Shown: piece by piece, positions 39,901 to 46,710 of the stretch
Position numbering within the stretch: the stretch's first letter is position 1
Layout of the letters: each line of letters begins with the position of its first letter
Assembly: GCA_040285745.1 (NCBI GenBank)
Contig: JAUFOR010000003.1
Coordinates: 620,001 to 684,000 of the forward strand
DNA from: Barthelona sp. PCE
Taxonomy: Eukaryota
DNA: 64,000 nt
Direction of reading: 5' to 3'
Position numbers and translations under genes: made by a program
The notes under the pieces: model-generated
What the model was told of the DNA's origin: nothing
Database searches by the model: none
What the model saw: the letters and a program-made list of their open reading frames with translations, nothing else

Positions 39901-41614
39901 TTACGAAAGATCTGCTGATGTCTGTCTGAGATGCCCTGTAGGTACGCATCAGATGATACCCCACTTCAATGGCACAGAGTGTACGATGGACGAAAACCTT
40001 GCGAAACCTGGTATCTCGCAATCTGATGTAGAGATGCTCACAGGTGGGGTATATCACCATCCATCTGGAACATTTGTTGTTGAATACCCAAAGAACAATA
40101 CAGTACTGCTCCTCAAGTGCCCTCGTGAAGAGTTTTGTGTGGGTGGGCCAGTTGACTCACAGTTTTCAGGTGGCCTTTATGAAGATATTCGTGAATACGG
40201 TAGTTACGCGCATCATGCCGAATTAGATCCAAACGGATGCAGACTATTCCACCAGGATGTTCTGTGTGGTTTGTGCACTGGTGTATATTATGATAGTAAT
40301 AATGTGAAGTACACAGTGATGCGTCATGTCCTGACAGGCGACTGTATTCCACTACCCGGGATTGGCTACCTATTACTATTCTTCTTAGTTCATATTGCAA
40401 TCATCATCGGTTTGTTCTGGTTCAGAGCTAATGGCTCTTCTTTCCAGTTTGCCAAATTTTTTAAGATTCCAAATATTGTCGATAGTCAGATCTGGTCATT
40501 AAGGATGATGTTTGTGAATAGTGTTGGGATCTTTATGCCACTCATTATCTTTATATCAAGCTCATTATCACGTGCATCCCTTGGCACTACAAGTAACAAG
40601 CTTGCATTTTTGTTTTCCCCGTTTTTGACAATCATGGGGCTGATGAATTACAACGAATCGCTCCATAGTTACTTTTTAAACGTTAAATCTTTGAACTTCT
40701 TCACAATATTCTCATTCTTTCAGATGCTCCTTATATTCTTTCCTTATTGGGGTTCTGTTGTGAAAGATTTGTGCAAGTACCCGTATCTTGTGGTCAGAAG
40801 GTGGTTGGATAGATGGATTCCGCATCTAACTGAGGACTGGAAACTTTCACTTTCCAATTATGATGTATTTCAGTACTGTCGCAATTGGGCAACAGTTATT
40901 TCGCTAGTTATGGTTCCTTCTATGCTCCATAATTGTGTGCGCATGTTCTACACCGGAGACACAAACTCTCTGATCGCAAACGACGATCGTATCGCTGATC
41001 AAGTCTTTACTGTCATTGATCCTGGTCATGCAGTAGATTACGATAAGCTTTTCTCACAACGCATCTTCCCTTTGTCGTTCGTCATTGTCCTTCTGTTGGG
41101 TATCATAGTTTATTCATTTATCATGTGGAGGAAATATGCAACTGAAGATTTTGAGGGTATCAAGTACGAAAGTATTGGATTCTTCCATCTATGTGCACTT
41201 GCATCGTTTCTAATCATGCTTGTGGCAGATCCCAACCCATATTTGGATATTAGTCTCATTGTCATGTATGGAGCGGGTATAATACTCTACATTCGCGCAT
41301 TCTTGCCATTCACGCATGATTACCTCAATAATGGTATCTCAAAATTATGTTTGTTCTTTGTTGTTATGGATTTATTCGTGCACTATATTTGCACTGCTCC
41401 CATACATTGGATACAGGTAATTCTTCTTTTCCTATTGTTGTCCAGTGTTCTCTTTTTCTCCTATACGCTCTCTGGTCGCTCGAAATATGAAGCGCAGAAT
41501 GCTGAGCAGCCGGAGATGCAGTGGAAGAACAACACTATGTACGGTACTTCACCGAGTACTGCTAGTTCATATATACCAACTGATGCGTTTTCTATGCAGT
41601 CATTTACCCATTAA
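36971..41614 (+). CDS. Large cell-surface protein: signal peptide, beta-helix-like ectodomain, Cys-rich region, multi-pass (about 7) TM C-terminus
   Basis: Signal peptide MQIKQIILLLLLCGAFVNA, GNDTNSG...LKTM.EA (DUF1565-like start), CLRCPVGTH, CP.EEFC.GG, GC...H..VLCGLC, then several hydrophobic helices. Confidence 0.8.
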   Translation: MQIKQIILLLLLCGAFVNAQIYFLAVSSGNDTNSGLAAGNALKTMNEAFFRMQSEPNAVHELRLVELFETTGGVPYMEAGNAIPFHELRVIIYAPDSFTQNVVVLNNLNWNFTVLGLQNVYLWTYDANITVNTISMSNAAINATYIHDTEVFDLHSSLIYARVKTNPISIKMDGSIVLIEKISTATSPSIDLRASTLDFVGIDKQRDGPMHTLIINSIEESRFDLHYLNASVTVLTPQTKDSVLWFESSVVYLQWANTLEGLLDLKALGVKRSVLYLNSHPNTSPRISGRFGYEFYDATIWISTALDLIALSDNPDTWTNYVQYTTFKTTEESSTLVFWTSGKMNSVGTVSADNIELVYKGGKLLYQSSSLSKVLIVGADDVDIYFVYCPNLYVQSTTIIKVDQFNGSARLSAPEIEISSSLLFLHNEIDAVNRLSVANLTIAVGNGFSFSVAGADVRFVELYCVNIEDLSRCERSVPINILQATHIAIGSTTFRDWYLSVGGLAPNYLQYVNCDFIDLQLEASMIMFTNIIPIYYFENCNFIKVRQASTYIQWKVLQLHYVTCRFASSDSIHPISYYTTISDCQFSSMNFYEPFLGMESYVGSIVTLEETTFTSITVHCEYLFELVTSYEETSSQLLPNITIRDVFFHDSDFYSIFKVGNYSTALNRLIAFENCGLLRNRIRKNIIFTESGSTSSIFFGGFSAVMDTTYAPLFNLFGDCYLVIGYLNITVEDNINAPLIYGEHRLNIGVFNSTFKSSKPTRYPVIFSNYIGLIMNGTTEIEYVNFPRFIMSDLLFIDFWYSTFSTSLSDFAVADECLMRVRTNANVLLPYIICSSININKTEGAVLPSINCKCDPDSPYGCHESCEQIELPRVTDVKLMPFIPPQIYRSPFQFQVELDRHIPADSLVLAALEDTILTLELKRTKTITHENVQLVYFSLVDGIDFKRGSTFSMDLSIPFSPFFKLTITLPFCQPSMYYERSADVCLRCPVGTHQMIPHFNGTECTMDENLAKPGISQSDVEMLTGGVYHHPSGTFVVEYPKNNTVLLLKCPREEFCVGGPVDSQFSGGLYEDIREYGSYAHHAELDPNGCRLFHQDVLCGLCTGVYYDSNNVKYTVMRHVLTGDCIPLPGIGYLLLFFLVHIAIIIGLFWFRANGSSFQFAKFFKIPNIVDSQIWSLRMMFVNSVGIFMPLIIFISSSLSRASLGTTSNKLAFLFSPFLTIMGLMNYNESLHSYFLNVKSLNFFTIFSFFQMLLIFFPYWGSVVKDLCKYPYLVVRRWLDRWIPHLTEDWKLSLSNYDVFQYCRNWATVISLVMVPSMLHNCVRMFYTGDTNSLIANDDRIADQVFTVIDPGHAVDYDKLFSQRIFPLSFVIVLLLGIIVYSFIMWRKYATEDFEGIKYESIGFFHLCALASFLIMLVADPNPYLDISLIVMYGAGIILYIRAFLPFTHDYLNNGISKLCLFFVVMDLFVHYICTAPIHWIQVILLFLLLSSVLFFSYTLSGRSKYEAQNAEQPEMQWKNNTMYGTSPSTASSYIPTDAFSMQSFTH

Positions 41615-41939
41615 TGACTTCACAGGGGCTGAGTTCTCTCGGATACATGCATGTTTACTGACAGATATCTAGTTGGATGGCGTGAATAAGTTCCTAAGCT
41701 CGAGGTCGGGTAATTGAGTTCCCACCCCATATGACTTCACAGGGGCTGAGTTCTCTCGGATACATGCATGTTTACTATCTAGTTGGATGGCGTGAATAAG
41801 TTCCTAAGCTCGAGGTCGGGTAATGACTTCACAGGGGCTGAGTTCTCTCGGATACATGCATGTTTACTGACAGATATCTAGTTGGATGGCGTGAATAAGT
41901 TCCTAAGCTCGAGGTCGGGTAATTGAGTTCCCACCCCAT
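41614..41939. repeat. Tandem repeat of a 117-bp unit: full copy 41614-41730, deleted copy 41731-41822, full copy 41823-41939
   Basis: Copies 1 and 3 are identical. Copy 2 lacks 7 internal nt (GACAGAT) and the last 18 nt. Confidence 0.97.
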
Positions 41940-42073
41940 AAAAAATAGTAAAAAAAAGAGAAATCCGGAATGTACGATAAAGGACGTAATTCGGACAGCA
42001 CATTCATGAGTCACAGATTCACTCTGCCATGAGTTCCGTCAACCACATGCTTCCATCATTCAACAGCAATTTT

Positions 42074-42102
42074 AATCAAATGTCAATCAAATGTCAATCA
42101 AA
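42074..42102. repeat. 11-bp tandem duplication (AATCAAATGTC x2.6) across the SF3B1 stop
   Basis: aatcaaatgtc aatcaaatgtc aatcaaa read directly. Confidence 0.9.
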
Positions 42103-44990
42103 AACTCCTCTGCGAGATTGTATTCAACGGAGGAATCATCAACATGAAATGAATCTGTACGCATAGGAGGTGTATGCAACGACACAGCCGCTGGTTGTGT
42201 CATCAAGCCGAGGTTTGTGAAGCGCTGTGTACGGAGACGGACTTTCTTAGCAGGATGGAACAAGCCTCCCAAGACCTGGTTGAAAGCTCCACCTAGAAGG
42301 GGAATTGATGATTCAATCGCAAGAGCACATGCGTTTATGACGTGCGGTGAATACTCAAGCATATGAGGCCATATATAATTAAACAAATGAAGTAAAAACA
42401 GCCTGTTGTCAACCTTTGCATCGCCAACGTTCAACGAAGTGCTATAGTGTGCATATGTGTGCTTCACAATAGTGAGCGCTGTCTGCCTGTGAACGGCGTC
42501 CCTCTCCGAGAGCGCATCACATAGCAGCTCACTTATGTTCACAATGTAAGGCGCGAAGAGATGAGACATGTACTCACTCAAGAAGTGAATAGCCTTTAAA
42601 ACACCGTTCTGTACGTTAAGATTCGGTTCTTTGTACGTCTGAAGCAGCAAAACGATGATGATCTCCGCCGCTCCAGGAGTGATCAAGCCGAGCAAACCCA
42701 GAACAACTGTTGTGCTGACACGGCTGGATCTCTCTGAAACCTTGAGGTTCTTAACGAGAGGAGGCACGATACCGCTCACGGGGAGAACCCGTGCGATGCT
42801 ATCTACGGCAGAAACTGTGGCTCTTCTAATCTTGTAATCAAAAGATCTAAACAATTCAACCAACCTGAACAGTATTCTCTTCCACTCCTTCTCGTATGCC
42901 TGTCCCTTCGCGTACTTCGCGATCTTCCCCACCAACACTACGAGATTGTATGAAACAGCTGCGTCGCTATTCTGGAAGATGGGAGTGAGTCGTGGAATGA
43001 ACTCAGAAACACTTGGCTTCAGTTTAAGCGGGGTGAAGGCATCACAAAGTGTTGAGATCGCCTCCAGATGACCGCTCAATGCCAATGCGGACTGTTCCTG
43101 CCTTAGTGTCTCATACAAAATAATGGAGAATGATTGACAGACGTTCACTGAAAGAAATGGAGCTAATGAACCTATTAGGGCAGAAGCAATGCATCTGAAT
43201 CCCTCAAAGTCGCTCTGTAAATACGCCTTGACTGTTTTAAAAATGTCTACAATAAAATCGCCCAGAAAATGCTTGACTTTCTTAATCAAATTTGGAATCA
43301 ACTTGATCAATCGTCTAGCTGCATACATACTATATCTTTGATCATTTTCATCACCCACCTCTAGTGGGATCTTAAGACATATGATGAGGCTGCTGAGAAT
43401 TTTCCAGCTAGTTTTAATCTGTGCAAAGTCAATAATTCGTAGTTGACTGAATATCTCAAGAATAAAGATACGAATCGACTCATTTTGGTTGCGTAGGTAG
43501 AAGTAAAGCTTGTGTAACAACTGCTTAGGGATGAGAATGCGCTCAAATTCAAGAAATGTGGAGAGAACCTCTTGTCTGATAACGGACAACTTTAGAATCT
43601 TTGTTTGAACAACTCCTTGACAGAAGTCATTGTAAATCGCATTAACGAATCCGTTATCCAGATTAGGATGCAACAAAACTCTGATTGATTCACAAACACC
43701 ACTTATCAAACGGCGGTCTGGATACCGCAATCTAGGCTGAATGGTTGTTAGTAGCATTGTTGTGCGCGCCATGGATGACCTTGAATCGTCGCTGACAGCA
43801 CTATTCAGAAGAGATGCAGGTAATATACAACTGTTATTATCTTTAGCCATTTCGAACAGAACAGAAAGCAGAGGATCGACAGACCGTTTGAATGATGGGC
43901 CAAGTTTGGCTGCCCTCAGTGTGTCAATGAGTGCATTTACCACAAATTCATTCTGCGGTTTATCAAGTGCTGCATGCTCCTTGAGCAACACAACAAAAAC
44001 CTGACTAATGAGATGAATCCATCCTCGGATGTCAATTTGGGCTTTCGTGACGCACTTCAGAATAGCGACAGCCTGCAACTTATGCATACGCTCTGTCGTT
44101 CCAGCAAGGGAATCAATGAGCCTAAAAAGTGTGTTTGGGATATCTATTGCAGCGTGTGTGATCAACGCGGCCGTTGCAGTACGCGTGAAGCGGTCTGTCG
44201 TGCTAAAATCGGGTGCCATTGCTGATATCACGTTGTCAACGGTCGAGATACGCGTAATTAAAACTACGAGCTGTTCTGCTTCACTTTGTATGATGGTCTC
44301 CATCTCGTTGAACATGCCGCGAATCACCAGCAGGAAACGACGTAAAAACAAAGTCGTGATACTGGGTTCTATAGGGAGTATCACCCTGAGAAACTTCAAA
44401 AGAGCGTGGCGTTCATCTGGAAGTAACAGTCCACTTGACATACACTTGATTGTTTCCTCAAGCACTCTGTCGATTGTGAGTGTCTTAATATTCGCTAAAA
44501 TATAGTGTGTAGCCTTCTTTCGCAACTTGTTATTGCCATTCTTGAGCTGTATGATTAATTTCAGTACCTTTAAATGGTTTACCTCGTCAAATGAAAGCCC
44601 TTCTGTCGTTTTATGAGCAAAAAGTTCCTCAAAAAGCAAAAGATCGTTGGAGGTTAATCGTGGTAACATCTCATCCTTGAGACCCAGCTCTATGTTGTCT
44701 GGAGAGACTATTTCGGCCTGTGCGTTGGCCATTTCGTGGACACGAACGAGCTCAAGCTGCTTCTCCAAGTCAGGAGGACATCGAACATAGTCTTCTGGTG
44801 CTTCCACAATGGCCCATCCTTCGCTCTCGCCCGGAAGCATCAAGTCCAGCTGTTCATCTGTAAATGTTTGGTTCTTCTGGCGTACCAAATCCACAAGACT
44901 ATTTTGCGCGAGTTTATGAACGTTCATGAGCTTCTCGTCCACTGGTTTGCTGTCCCAACTTCCCAAATTGTCTTCGTTTGCAGACTCCAT
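42087..44990 (-). CDS. SF3B1: Splicing factor 3B subunit 1 (U2 snRNP)
   Basis: TDEQLDLMLP p14-binding region, LKNGN..LRKKA, ERHALLK, PRLTPI, KEWKRI.F.LVE, NLKVSER..RV.TTV, EPNLNVQNGVLKA, RDAVHRQTA and GLFHPAKKVR. First ATG at 44990. Confidence 0.93.
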   Translation of the reverse strand: MESANEDNLGSWDSKPVDEKLMNVHKLAQNSLVDLVRQKNQTFTDEQLDLMLPGESEGWAIVEAPEDYVRCPPDLEKQLELVRVHEMANAQAEIVSPDNIELGLKDEMLPRLTSNDLLLFEELFAHKTTEGLSFDEVNHLKVLKLIIQLKNGNNKLRKKATHYILANIKTLTIDRVLEETIKCMSSGLLLPDERHALLKFLRVILPIEPSITTLFLRRFLLVIRGMFNEMETIIQSEAEQLVVLITRISTVDNVISAMAPDFSTTDRFTRTATAALITHAAIDIPNTLFRLIDSLAGTTERMHKLQAVAILKCVTKAQIDIRGWIHLISQVFVVLLKEHAALDKPQNEFVVNALIDTLRAAKLGPSFKRSVDPLLSVLFEMAKDNNSCILPASLLNSAVSDDSRSSMARTTMLLTTIQPRLRYPDRRLISGVCESIRVLLHPNLDNGFVNAIYNDFCQGVVQTKILKLSVIRQEVLSTFLEFERILIPKQLLHKLYFYLRNQNESIRIFILEIFSQLRIIDFAQIKTSWKILSSLIICLKIPLEVGDENDQRYSMYAARRLIKLIPNLIKKVKHFLGDFIVDIFKTVKAYLQSDFEGFRCIASALIGSLAPFLSVNVCQSFSIILYETLRQEQSALALSGHLEAISTLCDAFTPLKLKPSVSEFIPRLTPIFQNSDAAVSYNLVVLVGKIAKYAKGQAYEKEWKRILFRLVELFRSFDYKIRRATVSAVDSIARVLPVSGIVPPLVKNLKVSERSSRVSTTVVLGLLGLITPGAAEIIIVLLLQTYKEPNLNVQNGVLKAIHFLSEYMSHLFAPYIVNISELLCDALSERDAVHRQTALTIVKHTYAHYSTSLNVGDAKVDNRLFLLHLFNYIWPHMLEYSPHVINACALAIESSIPLLGGAFNQVLGGLFHPAKKVRLRTQRFTNLGLMTQPAAVSLHTPPMRTDSFHVDDSSVEYNLAEEFLIDI

Positions 44991-45145
44991 AACCTGTATG
45001 AATTGCTGAAAAGGCAGTAAATCAGAAAACAAAACTTCAAAATTAATAAAAACTTAAAAGTATCTCTGTGCGTGTAGTTAGCAATCGGTGTACAGCGATT
45101 GGTGTGCTTGAAATTGTCAAAAAACCAATATTTGACAGAGTTTCG

Positions 45146-45542
45146 ATGTTGAGGCTCAATTTCAGAATCTTCCCTCTTCCACTTAAGATTACTTTTTCAA
45201 ATGCGCCAAAGCGGTTTACATCCGCTGCAGGACACATGCCCAACCATCAGCATTGAAAAAAATACAATCAGACTAACCTGTTCTGTTGAGCACTTGTTTA
45301 TTAATGATTTGGAATCTCAAAAACTTCTTCACATGGTCCGGGTCTACCCAGAGGACAGCAAAGATCGTATTAAAGCTATTTCTGTATCAAATTTTGTGAA
45401 CAATTCAATCTTCGTTCTATGCAAGCTAACCATGGACAAAATTGTCCTAATACAGATTATATGTGGACCTCATGAAACCAAACACTTCAAATTCAACCCT
45501 GATTATATTCCACACGGTATGAATGAATATTACAACCTGTGA
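45146..45542 (+). pseudogene. Possible frameshifted fragment or small hypothetical gene
   Basis: The ORF from ATG 45146 (MLRLNFRIFPLPLKITF) can join ORF 45201-45542 by a one-base shift in a T5 run near 45193-45197. The N-terminus loosely resembles that of 60436-62250. Confidence 0.3.
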
Positions 45543-45640
45543 CACATCTACATAAACTTCTTTCTTCTTCTTTTTCATTCACAACATTTGACAAAACAAA
45601 ACAATTTCAACGTACAATAAATAAAATCGTGTATTTACAA

Positions 45641-46540
45641 CTAAAATCTTTTGAAAGCCAGAATAACACAGAAAACAATAGAAAACATGAGCATACATAT
45701 AAGACACATGTTTAATCTCATTTTTTTCGTGTGATATAACGCTTCTTCTAACTCTAGATTACCTTTTTGGATGGATTCAACGGTCTGATTCACGTTATAA
45801 TCGATTTCATCCAACAGTGACCCCTGGTCGACAATTAGAGTAGCTAGGTCGTTGAATAGGGTCGCTAGGTCATTAATAGACTTGACTATATGCTCAATTT
45901 CTTGAGAATGAAGATTCAGAAAGTTTTGGTGAAAAATCATTGTTGACATTTGTGTATCACTGAACCCTTGATCAAATATCTCATTAACATTCTCACCAAT
46001 ACCTAAGTTTGTTATTTTTTCCTCCTTTAAACGCAATTTGTTCAAATAGTCTCTTTGTATCGCCTTGAAATCCTTTGTAAAGGACTTTAACTCTGACACA
46101 AGGCCCTTTTGCACATTTAACCGCATCTTTTCGGTCACTGTTAAGTTACCCTTACCACCAATGTCTTGCGCCAGAGCGAGGACACGCTTCCGGCATCTTC
46201 CAACAAGAGATGTGATTGATTTGGTCTCGTTTGCGATGCGCTGCTGCACTGCGTCGCCACCAAAATTCTGTGTGAGGTGCTGTGAATGTAAACGCTGCAA
46301 GTTATCCATTGCTTGTCTCAATTCTCCAATCATACGATTACAGTCCTCAGAAATCTCCACCCAGAGAGCTGTAGTTTCGATAACAGCCTCAGTATCTTGT
46401 GCTTCTCCCGCTAACAGCGATTCAGTTTGACTTGTGTCAATGTAACTCAATGCTTGAGCTTGATTTTGCGACTGCGTACGCAGAATCATAAATGTGCTCG
46501 TTAGATCACGTGAAAGTACCCTATGGCTTGCCGTTCGCAT
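45641..46540 (-). CDS. STX16: Syntaxin-16/Tlg2 (Qa-SNARE)
   Basis: N-peptide SRDLTSTF, Habc with QRDYL..L, SNARE motif EIEHIVKSINDLATLFNDLATLIVDQGSLLD.IDYNV and a C-terminal TM. Confidence 0.9.
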   Translation of the reverse strand: MRTASHRVLSRDLTSTFMILRTQSQNQAQALSYIDTSQTESLLAGEAQDTEAVIETTALWVEISEDCNRMIGELRQAMDNLQRLHSQHLTQNFGGDAVQQRIANETKSITSLVGRCRKRVLALAQDIGGKGNLTVTEKMRLNVQKGLVSELKSFTKDFKAIQRDYLNKLRLKEEKITNLGIGENVNEIFDQGFSDTQMSTMIFHQNFLNLHSQEIEHIVKSINDLATLFNDLATLIVDQGSLLDEIDYNVNQTVESIQKGNLELEEALYHTKKMRLNMCLICMLMFSIVFCVILAFKRF

Positions 46541-46710
46541 GTGAAATGGTCAAAAATACGTAAAACGACTTTTTGTTATTGTGCGTGGGCACATAAAGCA
46601 TAACTTTGTTGGACGGAGCTATACAGCACAGAAAATCATCACATAAGAATAAGTTGTTTTGTTACAATTTCTTGAACCCCTATCACAATTTAAGGAATAC
46701 AGCACCAGGA

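Noticed and set aside
41614..41939. CRISPR array, 5S rRNA, U5/U6 snRNA, SRP RNA, TPP riboswitch or twister ribozyme as identity of the 117-bp unit
   Set aside because: There are no unique spacers. Short resemblances exist (TTTACT..AGAT, AGGTCGG, GCTGAG, TCCTAAGC), but the invariant cores and required helices are missing (e.g. U5 loop GCCUUUUAC, U6 ACAGAGA, SRP AGCAG).
41980..42015. ACGTAATTCGGAC resembling RNase P/MRP conserved region V
   Set aside because: No properly complementary CR-I partner for helix P4 was found, and an A-tract interrupts the would-be RNA.
45066..45082. Minus-strand GCTAAC...CACAG as a 3' splice site extending SF3B1 upstream
   Set aside because: An in-frame TAA at 45056-45054 lies between it and the ORF, and the spacing differs from the RPL31 intron.
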